This document shows, piece after piece, positions 19,653 through 28,380 of a stretch of 64,000 nt of DNA (position 1 is the stretch's first letter; each line of letters starts with the position of its first letter). The notes under the pieces are model-generated. The model was not told where the DNA came from and searched no databases. It worked only from the letters and a program-made list of their open reading frames with translations. Both the position numbers and the translations under genes were made by a program. The DNA is from an uncultured delta proteobacterium (GTDB lineage: Bacteria; Myxococcota; B64-G9): positions 1,428,422 to 1,492,421 of the forward strand of contig CAVWHX010000004.1 in the NCBI GenBank assembly GCA_963754925.1, given 5' to 3'.

Positions 19653-21056
19653 ATGAAAGCCAACCAGATCCCATCATTGGCGTCGCATTCAAAAAAAAGA
19701 TTGCACATCGTAATGTTGCTGATTGCGCTGGCAGGCCTCGTGGTTTGTGGGGAATTGAGCCTGTTACATTGGCAGGTCAACAATCTGCCGGGGTTTGTAT
19801 CGTTCTGCGCAATTAGCGAAGCGATCAACTGCGATACGGTGGCATTAAGTCGCTACTCGGTCGTGTTTGGCGTTCCGGTCTCCACCTGGGGAATACTCTT
19901 CTTTTTGGCGGTGATAGCGTTGTGCTCGTGGGCACTCGTACGGCCGGAGCCAGGCTGGCCTTGGGGGCTGCTTGGCGCGCTCTTATATTTTGGATGGGGC
20001 GTAGCGGTGTTTTTGATTTTGATCGCTGAACTTAACATTGAGGCGCTTTGTCCCAACTGCATTGCTTTGTATGTGATTTTATTTGTTGGAGCGCTGGTTG
20101 CAAGCCTCGGCCTCAAACAGTCGGGGGTTTCTCCGAAAACCAGCGCAGGGCTTATGTTATTTGCCGCGGGCTGCTCGGTCGGGTTGTTCGCCTTGGTCCT
20201 GGCCTACGACAGCTATCGAGGAGTGCTTGGCGCTGTGTCGGGAGCGCTATTGGCGACGGCAGCATGGCTATGGTTTCCCGGCCGGCGTCAAGAGCTATGG
20301 CTGTTTGTGCGGCGGATGGTTGACGATCTGGCGGTTACGATTCGTCGGCCGGTCGTGGGAGGGATAATTTACGGGTTAGCGGCGCTTTCCGTCATGACCG
20401 TCTTAGTTTTGGTGCCGCTATGCTACCCGGATCCTCGGCGTTCAATCGCCGGTGGTACGGCCGATATTGCTACCGGCAGCACACCCGAGGGAGACGCCTG
20501 GATTGGAGCGCTAAACCCTGAAGTGGTTGTCGTTGAATTTTCTGATTACGAATGCCCCCATTGTTGTAAGGCGCATGAGCCACTCCGAGAGTTAGTGCGC
20601 CAAAACAAAGATTGGCTGCGGTTGGTGCATGTTCAGATGCCGCTCGATAAATCATGTAATCGTGCTTTGACAAAGCCTTTTCATCGAAACTCGTGCGACT
20701 GTGCGCGCGCTGCCATCTGCGCCGCGGAACAAAATTGTTTCTGGGAGATGAATGATCGGTTGTTCCTACGGCAAGGAGGGCTGGACGCCGGTGGATTGGC
20801 GATGCTCGCGGAGAACCTGGGATTGAACGTAGATACCTTTCGTGTTTGCATGAAGTCGCCCGAAACCGAACGCAAGTTGCAGTCCGACCTCGAGCGCTGC
20901 TCTCGGCAAGGCGTTGTAGGCACCCCGTCGTTTTTGGTCGGCAACCAGTGGGTGAAGGGCGAACGAAATAAGCAGTGGTGGGTGGAATTCTTCAATAGTC
21001 TGCGAAGGGAAGTCAATCCGACGGAATCCAAAACCTCGCCGAGGGCCGGAGGGTAA
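19653..21056 (+). CDS. VKOR-DsbA fusion disulfide-bond formation protein
   Basis: VKOR loop FC...NCDTVALSRYS and CPNC; DsbA domain VVEFSDYECPHC...GTPSF. Confidence 0.88.
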   Translation: MKANQIPSLASHSKKRLHIVMLLIALAGLVVCGELSLLHWQVNNLPGFVSFCAISEAINCDTVALSRYSVVFGVPVSTWGILFFLAVIALCSWALVRPEPGWPWGLLGALLYFGWGVAVFLILIAELNIEALCPNCIALYVILFVGALVASLGLKQSGVSPKTSAGLMLFAAGCSVGLFALVLAYDSYRGVLGAVSGALLATAAWLWFPGRRQELWLFVRRMVDDLAVTIRRPVVGGIIYGLAALSVMTVLVLVPLCYPDPRRSIAGGTADIATGSTPEGDAWIGALNPEVVVVEFSDYECPHCCKAHEPLRELVRQNKDWLRLVHVQMPLDKSCNRALTKPFHRNSCDCARAAICAAEQNCFWEMNDRLFLRQGGLDAGGLAMLAENLGLNVDTFRVCMKSPETERKLQSDLERCSRQGVVGTPSFLVGNQWVKGERNKQWWVEFFNSLRREVNPTESKTSPRAGG

Positions 21057-21060
21057 TTCT

Positions 21061-21450
21061 GTGGGCGGTGATTCGGAATCAGCAGCACCGGCACGGGCTT
21101 TAGTTATTGAGGATGACGATCTGAGTGCCGAGTTGTTGCGTCTTATGCTTGCCCGGCTGGGTGTGGCCGCCCACGTGGCACGGGATGGCGCTACCGGCTT
21201 GCAAGCGTTCACAAGCGATCATTTCAAACTGGTGCTGGTCGATATTAAATTGCCCGACGCAGATGGACTCGAGGTGGTTCGCCAATTACGAGCTCAGTCA
21301 ACCTCAGTCCGTCTCTTGGTGGTCAGCGGGTCGAACATGCTCGATGTTGCGGAGAAGCGGCGTACCGCTGGATTCGATGGTTTTTTGATGAAGCCTTTTT
21401 CTTTTGAGCAATTTGCCGAACAGGTGAAACCCTTACTCAAAAAGCAATAG
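21061..21450 (+). CDS. Single-domain response regulator
   Basis: LVIEDD, LVLVDIKLPDADG, KP. Confidence 0.85.
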   Translation: MGGDSESAAPARALVIEDDDLSAELLRLMLARLGVAAHVARDGATGLQAFTSDHFKLVLVDIKLPDADGLEVVRQLRAQSTSVRLLVVSGSNMLDVAEKRRTAGFDGFLMKPFSFEQFAEQVKPLLKKQ

Positions 21451-21474
21451 ACAAATTAAAATCTCTCAGGAGAT

Positions 21475-22815
21475 TTATTGGCTAAAGCTCACGGTGATCG
21501 ACGCCGGTTCAACATTGATTTTGTAAGCAGGCGCCTCGTTGCCTTGAAAATCAAGAACAAAACGAACTCCCCAATCCTGTTTTCCCACGCGAACCTTGGC
21601 AACAGAAGGTAGCGGAGCATCGAGCGGCGAGAATTTACCGATAAAAGATGCCTTAGGAAAATCGATTGCAAGTCGTGGCGGCGCATTGAGCGCAAAATGC
21701 TTGATCTCCACAACGCGGTTAGCTCTAATGACCATCCGCCATCCGTTTGGCCTCTGCTCGAAAACCGGTGGGCCTACCTCAAGTTGGTCGGTTGCAGTTT
21801 CCTTGATGTTCGCAGGCCCAGGTTGCTCATTGGGTTGGGCCTTGGAAACCTTGGAGGGGGGTACATCGTTGCCCGGTGCTTTCACCGGCGCCGGCGCCGG
21901 CTTCGTGTTCGCGGTCGCGGTGTCAGCGTCAGTCGGTTCATTTTTCTTTGCGTCGGGGGCGCTCACCATCGATGGTTGGCTCAGAGAGGCTGTTTTTGGC
22001 GTGGCTCCCGTGCCGCTAAGGCCGCTTCCATCATCAACACTCGGCCTGATGAGCATCATGGTGAAGAACGTTACCACCGCAACAAACAGCACAAATCCAA
22101 CAAAAAGAAAAACTCGTTTACGCGGTGGCGGGTATAAGGAAGTCATGACCTCTTCAGTTGTCGGCTGGGTATCTAAGACGGAATCTAATTCGATATCTGT
22201 TGGACGAAGAGAAGGTAGGGGTGGCAACGCTCGTGGGCCATGTGGTGCTGTTCGTTCAGGTGGTTGGGAGTTATCCGGCGGTGCGAGAACAACGGGAGTC
22301 TTTGGCCATGATGGCGATCCCGCCGAAGAGGAGGGGTCCTTGTGTGGCGCCATCGATTGATCCGACATCGAAACACCCGCTGGCGATGTGGCAGGTTGAT
22401 CGGGGGCGGCGGTGTTCGGTTTGTTCAAAGGGGATGCCGGCGGCAGCGGAGAATCAAGGATTTCATCGATGAACGTTCCAATCTTCTTGCTTGACTCCTC
22501 CGACATACTCTGAAACTTAACTCCCATTCCCGAGACTTGATCCCCGGGACTAGCCGGATCAAAGGGCCGGTTCCAAACGATTTCACCTTCATCAACGCGC
22601 ACCACGCCGTTGATGGTCTCAAATTCAAGCTTAACCTTTTTACCGGTCGGCAGCGGGCGGTTGGAGCGCAAGAACATCCCCCCACGACTTACATTGGAGG
22701 AGAAGACATCCATGGGAGTGCCATCTTCTGGAGTAACGTGCACACGATTGAAGGAATCAACTCTCGGATGTGCACGCGTTCCTTGCGATGCGTCTTTCTT
22801 TTTCTCATCGGCCAT
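21475..22815 (-). CDS. PilZ (TIGR02266-like) - Pro-rich - TM - AMIN domain protein
   Basis: RAHPR and NVSRGGMF PilZ motifs, GMGVKF; one TM; C-terminal PPRLAIDF...KVRVG...VRFVLD AMIN pattern. Confidence 0.8.
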   Translation of the reverse strand: MADEKKKDASQGTRAHPRVDSFNRVHVTPEDGTPMDVFSSNVSRGGMFLRSNRPLPTGKKVKLEFETINGVVRVDEGEIVWNRPFDPASPGDQVSGMGVKFQSMSEESSKKIGTFIDEILDSPLPPASPLNKPNTAAPDQPATSPAGVSMSDQSMAPHKDPSSSAGSPSWPKTPVVLAPPDNSQPPERTAPHGPRALPPLPSLRPTDIELDSVLDTQPTTEEVMTSLYPPPRKRVFLFVGFVLFVAVVTFFTMMLIRPSVDDGSGLSGTGATPKTASLSQPSMVSAPDAKKNEPTDADTATANTKPAPAPVKAPGNDVPPSKVSKAQPNEQPGPANIKETATDQLEVGPPVFEQRPNGWRMVIRANRVVEIKHFALNAPPRLAIDFPKASFIGKFSPLDAPLPSVAKVRVGKQDWGVRFVLDFQGNEAPAYKINVEPASITVSFSQ

Positions 22816-22866
22816 GATCGCTATGCTATCACCCTTATTTATTCAGTCAACAAGACATTCCTTCCC

Positions 22867-22985
22867 GGACGCCAGATCCGCCCGTATTTCTTCGTCGGTG
22901 CTACGGAACCGGTCCTCGACGTAGATACACTACGCCTGCGGCCGATTCCTTGCACCTCCTTAAACTACGGGCGGATCTGGCGTCC
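22867..22985. repeat. 119-bp palindromic intergenic element (MITE/REP-like or structured RNA)
   Basis: Perfect 20-bp inverted repeat GGACGCCAGATCCGCCCGTA (22867-22886 / 22966-22985) enclosing further nested stems. Confidence 0.7.
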
Positions 22986-23078
22986 CGAATATATCAATCT
23001 GCGCCTTCCGCTTAATCTTCAGGTGATTGACGAAAAGTGGACCACACTATATATTGTATAGTAGCGGAGGAGGAGATT

Positions 23079-23387
23079 ATGGGTACCTTTCCAGCCGGAA
23101 CAAGTTTTGTATTCGTTGGAAAACTTAATTCGATGACCCGCGATCAGGCGCGGGCGATGGTTGAATCGTTGGGAGGTGTTTGCCCATCAGGTGTCAGTAG
23201 AGATCTCGACTATCTAGTGGTGGGTAACGACAATTCTCCCCTCTACTCCATGACTGATAAGAAGTCTAAACAAATAAAAGCCGAGTCACTCATCGAGGCG
23301 GGCGCCCCGATCGCTATCATTTCAGAAGACGAATTCCTCAACCTCATTGGTGATACGCCAATAATATCTGCGGTTGACCGCCCTTGA
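23079..23387 (+). CDS. Stand-alone BRCT-domain protein
   Basis: FVFVGKLNSMTRDQARAMVESLGG...VSRDLDYLVVG...IISEDEF, like the ligase BRCT domain; GGAGGAGGAG RBS. Confidence 0.85.
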   Translation: MGTFPAGTSFVFVGKLNSMTRDQARAMVESLGGVCPSGVSRDLDYLVVGNDNSPLYSMTDKKSKQIKAESLIEAGAPIAIISEDEFLNLIGDTPIISAVDRP

Positions 23388-23502
23388 TCCGCCCGTAACA
23401 GGTTATTAAAAATTGTCTTTTCTCGAAATACGTATAGTTAATGGGTGAGATGCTTCTCGTTATGCGATAACGAAGTATGACCACTTCTACATGGGGTCTG
23501 CA

Positions 23503-24036
23503 ATGTCAAATTTCCATCAAGAACTTAAATTCGATCCCGATCGCGGTGCCTTTTTTCTCAACGGGTTGCGCCATGCTTTTTTACGACCTGAGACGCTTTC
23601 TGAAATCCAAAAGGGCGTCGAAGATCGGCTTGGGAGCAAGGCCGGTGAGTACCTTTACGCCGCAGGAGCTTCGTGGGCGATTGGTGCTCTCCAACGGTTG
23701 CATGCGGCGGGGGCCTCGAACCCCGAGGTACTGCTGCAATCACTATGCACCTTAGCAACCAATCTTGGTTGGGGGCGGTTTGTTGTAGAATCTTGGAAAC
23801 CGGATATCCCCAAAGTGTCGGTGCGGGTCATTGGCTCGCCGTTTGCCGAAGCTTACGGACAATCCGATAGCCCCATCTGCCACCTTTTGGCGGGCGTCGT
23901 TGGCGGTGCGCTCGAAGGTCTATTTAGTGTAATGTCCAACTGCATTGAGAGTGCCTGCAAGGCCCAAGGTGCAGCGGATTGCGTCTTTGTCGCTAGCGGG
24001 CAGGATGTGACCGGCAAAGAAAACTGGGGTTGGTGA
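23503..24036 (+). CDS. V4R-domain protein
   Basis: LGWG, SPFA, CH, E-x-x-C-x-A-x-G-x-x-x-C-x-F V4R pattern. Confidence 0.85.
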   Translation: MSNFHQELKFDPDRGAFFLNGLRHAFLRPETLSEIQKGVEDRLGSKAGEYLYAAGASWAIGALQRLHAAGASNPEVLLQSLCTLATNLGWGRFVVESWKPDIPKVSVRVIGSPFAEAYGQSDSPICHLLAGVVGGALEGLFSVMSNCIESACKAQGAADCVFVASGQDVTGKENWGW

Positions 24037-24057
24037 CTAGAGCAGTGAATAAGAAAT

Positions 24058-24117
24058 GCGGCCCTGGCCGCCCACCCTCGATGGGGGGACGCCGAGGGTA
24101 TAGTCAACCAGGGCCGC
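24058..24117. other. GC-rich 60-nt hairpin (terminator, repeat or small RNA)
   Basis: GCGGCCCTGG/CCAGGGCCGC outer stem and CCCTCG/CGAGGG inner stem; most mismatches become G-U pairs on the minus strand. Confidence 0.5.
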
Positions 24118-24701
24118 TATCTGTTTGATGTATAGGTTGAAATCCTTTGCTGCGAATAGCATATGAGTGTAGGGAAAGGTATGATTCGCAAGCTTCTAGT
24201 GGTCCTTAACGAGAATAATTCAGTCCAGATCACCTATATATTTATAACATATTTAAAATTTTTTTCAAGGTGTGTTAATGTAAGATAACTAGGCTAATAA
24301 ATTTCTATATAAAGCCCGTCGAGACATTTACTTCATTATAGAATACAATATTTTCCAGCTCCAACAAGGCTTATTATAAATATTCTGTTAACACAATATA
24401 TCATAATTATCAAAATAAAATATTATCAGATATCTCAACTTGCGTATTTTGCGACATTCGTAATATATTACTGTTTTAATAGAAAACAATCTACAAATCG
24501 CGCTTTTTCCTACAAATAAGGAACGAACCTACATCAAAGAATTAAACCATTCAATTCCTTGAGTGCTATCCTCCCAAAAAGCAGTTCACGCCGAAAAATA
24601 TTTTGTTAATTTTTAAACAAAACAGATACTTTTCTGTTTGTTTTGAGATGGCCATAGAGATAATTGTTGAATTTTTCCGCGATTGAATCGGGAATCATTG
24701 C

Positions 24702-25406
24702 ATGTCGGCACTAACGTTGACTGTCTCCGAACCAGCTACCGTTTCGGCACTTCTTGTAGAAGTTGGGCTGAGCACTATCGAGCTAACGTTGTTTGTTTTT
24801 CTTACGATGTTAGTGGTGGATTACCTCAATGTCTGGACGCAGGGACGGCTGGTGAGGACGGTTGCATTTTTTCTGGTGACACTGTCCATGGCGTCTCTAG
24901 CCTGCACTGGTAAGAACGAACCAGCGCAATTGTTGGAGGCTAAAAACGCCAACGACTCTCAGGTACATCCAAACAAACAAGAACACGCGTGTGTGCCCCA
25001 ATTGGACGACTTCCCTGAGCCGGACCAGACGAGCGCGGTGACCCGCGCATGCGAAAATACCGCTGTCTCTAACTACATTGAAAGAACTTTTGAACATCTC
25101 AAAAATGTGGCCATGTTGATGAAGGAAAATATTTCTGATTGCGGAACGGTGCTCATCGTGGTGAGCAAGTATATCGAAACTAATAAAATCGATATCGAAA
25201 ACGCCATCGCAGCTGGTGATCAGGCGCAGTCTCGAATGTCCGAACAGGAAAAGAAAATGTTGGCTCTGCGGGCAAAGGAGTTGTTCGACCCGATCATGCA
25301 GGATGTTGGGAGTGTCAGCGCGGAGTTTGCAAAAAAATGTGGAAGTGATGTCAAAAGACTCAGTGAATTATTGAAGAATCTCGACGGGCAGGCAAGCGGG
25401 TTATAA
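24702..25406 (+). CDS. Hypothetical helical lipoprotein (alternative GTG start at 24852) with an extra N-terminal membrane segment
   Basis: Internal signal peptide VRTVAFFLVTLSMASLA-C; first 50 aa hydrophobic (FVFLTMLVVDYLNV). Confidence 0.65.
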   Translation: MSALTLTVSEPATVSALLVEVGLSTIELTLFVFLTMLVVDYLNVWTQGRLVRTVAFFLVTLSMASLACTGKNEPAQLLEAKNANDSQVHPNKQEHACVPQLDDFPEPDQTSAVTRACENTAVSNYIERTFEHLKNVAMLMKENISDCGTVLIVVSKYIETNKIDIENAIAAGDQAQSRMSEQEKKMLALRAKELFDPIMQDVGSVSAEFAKKCGSDVKRLSELLKNLDGQASGL

Positions 25407-25416
25407 AACATTACGG

Positions 25417-25573
25417 TTAGAGACTGTTAGCGAACGACTAGAGATTGTAGCGAGAGAAGCGAGGCGTATAAGAGATTGTTGACGAACGAAGTGAGGATTA
25501 CAAGCTCTTATCCTGCGGACAATCTCTTGCCCCTTTAGGGGAGTGAGCTTACAGTTTCTTATCCCTTTAGGGG
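25417..25573 (+). mobile_element. Triple-nested ~50-bp double-hairpin elements
   Basis: Three left arms GAGAYTGT (25420, 25441, 25472), then three right arms (25500, 25519, 25551), each followed by TTR and a small C/G hairpin. Confidence 0.75.
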
Positions 25574-26482
25574 TTTGGCTGCGTGCGGCTTGGCTGCACG
25601 TTTTTCAATGACGTCTGTCAAACCTCGCAGGACGTCCGCGCTTTTTTTGAACGGCTTAAGGGCTTCCCGCGCCCTTTTCGTGTACTCAGCGGCGCGCATG
25701 CACGCGGCTGAAATGCCTATCACGCGTGGATAGGTGCGACGGCCTTGCTGCTGATCGGAATTCGCTGGCTTTCCCAAGCGCCTCTCATCACCGGTATGCG
25801 CAAGCACGTCGTCGGCTATTTGAAATGCCAGACCGAGATTCTGCCCAAACATCAGAAGCGCTCGGAGCTGCGTCTTCCGAGCTTTACCGAGCAAGCCCCC
25901 GATGTGTATCGCGGCAACGATAAGCGCCCCCGTCTTGCGCCTATGGATGGACTCAACCTGATCTAAACTAATCGCTCCGACCCGCTCGTCCACGTCGTCG
26001 ACCTGGCCGCCAACCATCCCGATTGGCCCGGCCGCCTGGGCGAGTATTCGTATCGCCGACCCCGCATACTGTTTCGGAAGCGCACCGGCAAGCACCTCAA
26101 AAGCCAACGTCAGCAAAGCGTCGCCGGACAAGATTGCCAGTGCTTCCCCAAACGCGCGATGACAGGAGGGTTTGCCGCGACGAATATCATCGTTGTCCAT
26201 GGCTGGCAGGTCGTCGTGTATCAGGGAGTATGCATGCACGAGCTCAAGCGCCGCGGCGGCCGGCAAACCGATTTCTTCACGGTGGCCGAGAGCCCGTACG
26301 GTCGCGAGCACGAGCAAAGGTCGGATGCGTTTGCCGCCACCCAGTACGGCATACCGCATGGCTTCGGCAAGCCGTGGGGGACAATCGGCGGTACGGGCCG
26401 CGGTGTCGAGGATCTCCTCGAGCGCACGCTCGATGCGCGGCAGGAAGCGGTTTACATACCCGTCGAGATCAAAACTGCTCAC
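25559..26482 (-). CDS. ispA: Farnesyl/geranylgeranyl diphosphate synthase
   Basis: GGKRIRP, SLIHDDLPAMDNDDIRRGKP, GMVGGQ, KTGAL, FQIADD; follows xseB. Confidence 0.92.
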   Translation of the reverse strand: MSSFDLDGYVNRFLPRIERALEEILDTAARTADCPPRLAEAMRYAVLGGGKRIRPLLVLATVRALGHREEIGLPAAAALELVHAYSLIHDDLPAMDNDDIRRGKPSCHRAFGEALAILSGDALLTLAFEVLAGALPKQYAGSAIRILAQAAGPIGMVGGQVDDVDERVGAISLDQVESIHRRKTGALIVAAIHIGGLLGKARKTQLRALLMFGQNLGLAFQIADDVLAHTGDERRLGKPANSDQQQGRRTYPRVIGISAACMRAAEYTKRAREALKPFKKSADVLRGLTDVIEKRAAKPHAAKPLKG

Positions 26483-26790
26483 CGCGCTGCCTCGTCGGTA
26501 CCGTTGCCGTTCGGAGCATGCTGGTCCTCGATCGCGAATGGTTGCTCGCGCTCGTGATCGCCCTCTTGAATCAGCACGCGCACTTTGCGTTCGGCGTCGT
26601 CGAGCTTGCGCTGACAGGCCTTGAACAGTCGCATGCCTTCTTCAAAGAGAGCGATGGATTCCTCGAGCGGCCGTTCGCCTTTTTCGAGTAACCCGGTGAT
26701 TTCCTCGATGCGTTTCATCAACTGTTCGAAATTATCGACGGCATCGGTCCTGGTCGGTGCTTTTGTGGATTCGTGCTTTTTCGCGCTCAT
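26479..26790 (-). CDS. xseB: Exodeoxyribonuclease VII small subunit
   Basis: FEQLMKRIEEI...LEESIALFEEG...AERKV; synteny with xseA and ispA. Confidence 0.92.
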   Translation of the reverse strand: MSAKKHESTKAPTRTDAVDNFEQLMKRIEEITGLLEKGERPLEESIALFEEGMRLFKACQRKLDDAERKVRVLIQEGDHEREQPFAIEDQHAPNGNGTDEAAR

Positions 26791-26794
26791 TGTT

Positions 26795-28192
26795 TTACCT
26801 TTTAGTTTCTTCTTCGCTCGCTGCCGGGTGCGCCTGCTCCACCCGGCTGTCCAGGGTGCCGCGGTGCAAGCGAATACTGATTGCGTCGCCGGTCGACAGT
26901 GCCGCCGCGTTGCTGATCACGCTTCCGTCCGGTCCAAACACGACACTGTAACCGCGGCCGAGCACCGCAAGAGGATTAAGCGTCTGGAGGCGCTCATGGT
27001 GGCCCAAGATCCCCGTCCGGCGGCCGCCCAGCACTGACTGCCAGGCGTGCAGCAGTCTATCGCGATGGTACCTAAGGTCAACACGTTGCTTCTGTAATTG
27101 CGCGCGCGGATCAGCGGCGGCCAACCGCACCCGAAGTTCTCCCAAACGGCGCCGCGAAACGGTAACGAGACGCTGCAACGCCCCTTCGACGGCCCGGGCG
27201 CCATCGTCCAGCCGCAGGCGCCAAGAACCGAGCAGCAAGCGCGGATCGCGCAGTCGGCCGCGGTGCTCGAGAAGCTGGCGACGCGCCTCGGCAAGGACCA
27301 GTTCAAGTGCGCGCCGCACGCCGCGAAGCCGTTGCTGTTGTCGCTCCTGAAGTTCGAGGCGGTCCGGCACTACGCGCGACGCGGCAGCGGTTGGCGTCGG
27401 AGCGCGCGCATCAGCTACCAAATCGCATAGCACCACATCGACTTCGTGGCCGACCGCGCTGATGACCGGAATTGACGTGGCGGCCACCGCGCGCACGACC
27501 GCCTCTTCGTTGAACGCCTGGAGGTCCTCGGCCGAGCCGCCGCCGCGCGTCACGATAAGCACATCGCAGCGGCTGCCGTCGCCAAGGCGCGTGACGGCCG
27601 CGGCTATCTCTTGGGCGGCGGTAGCGCCCTGGACGCGGACATCGGCTATTAACACGGGAATGGACGGGAAACGCCGGCCCAGCACGGTCAGGATGTCGTG
27701 GACGGCCGCGCCACGGGCGCTCGTAACGATGCCGACGCAGCGAGGAAGAAAGGGGAGCGGGCGCTTGCGCTCCACATCGAATAACCCCTCGGCTCGCAGT
27801 CGGTTCATGAGCGCGATCGTTTGCGCGCTGAGCCGCCCGGCGCCCCGCAGCGTGAGCCATTCAACGATGAGTTGGGCGCGACCGCGCGGCTCGTACAACG
27901 TTAGCCGGCCCAACGCCTCGATCTCGGTTCCTGCATTGGGCAGAGCGCCGAGGCGTGCAACCGACGAGCGAAACATGACCGCCGGAAAGATCGCGCGCTC
28001 GTCCTTGAGGGTAAAGTACAGGTGACCGGAAGCCACGAGGGTTGGATCGCTCAGCTCGCCGACCACCCGCACCAACGCGAATTGACCCTCGAGTAAGGCG
28101 CGCACCTCCTGACAAAGCTCCGAAACGGTGTAGACCCGCTCGCCGCTGGGAGCGAACAGATCGACCTGTCGAGAGCCAAAGCGTTTATCCAT
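26795..28192 (-). CDS. xseA: Exodeoxyribonuclease VII large subunit
   Basis: SGHLYFTLKD, RGGGSAEDL, SAVGHEVD, APTPTAAA, VLGRGYS. Confidence 0.95.
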   Translation of the reverse strand: MDKRFGSRQVDLFAPSGERVYTVSELCQEVRALLEGQFALVRVVGELSDPTLVASGHLYFTLKDERAIFPAVMFRSSVARLGALPNAGTEIEALGRLTLYEPRGRAQLIVEWLTLRGAGRLSAQTIALMNRLRAEGLFDVERKRPLPFLPRCVGIVTSARGAAVHDILTVLGRRFPSIPVLIADVRVQGATAAQEIAAAVTRLGDGSRCDVLIVTRGGGSAEDLQAFNEEAVVRAVAATSIPVISAVGHEVDVVLCDLVADARAPTPTAAASRVVPDRLELQERQQQRLRGVRRALELVLAEARRQLLEHRGRLRDPRLLLGSWRLRLDDGARAVEGALQRLVTVSRRRLGELRVRLAAADPRAQLQKQRVDLRYHRDRLLHAWQSVLGGRRTGILGHHERLQTLNPLAVLGRGYSVVFGPDGSVISNAAALSTGDAISIRLHRGTLDSRVEQAHPAASEEETKR

Positions 28193-28275
28193 AGGTAAAC
28201 CTCTTGAGGACTTTTATCACGCCTATCCGGGGTGCGTCTATGTTCTCTCATAACTTGTCCGCGGTGCCAAGGCTC

Positions 28276-28348
28276 GGGGTCCTGCCGGCGGTCACCTCAC
28301 CGTGCTCACGTTGTTGCGCGCGGTAAGGTCTTCGACCGCCGTCACCCC
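28276..28348. other. Long imperfect intergenic hairpin
   Basis: Stacked stems GGGGT/ACCCC, CGGCGGTC/GACCGCCG, ACCT/AGGT, ACCGTGC/GCGCGGT. Confidence 0.55.
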
Positions 28349-28380
28349 TCGCGCAGCATCATTCATCCCCTATGCTGAAG

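Noticed and set aside
22867..22985. Integron attC site
   Set aside because: No RYYYAAC/GTTRRRY ends, no cassette arrangement and no integrase.
23040..23065. LexA box before the BRCT gene
   Set aside because: CTATATATTGTATAG lacks the GTTCAG half-site and is more likely a -10 region.
25417..25573. CRISPR array
   Set aside because: Repeats are nested inverted arms, not direct repeats with regular unique spacers; no cas genes in the window.
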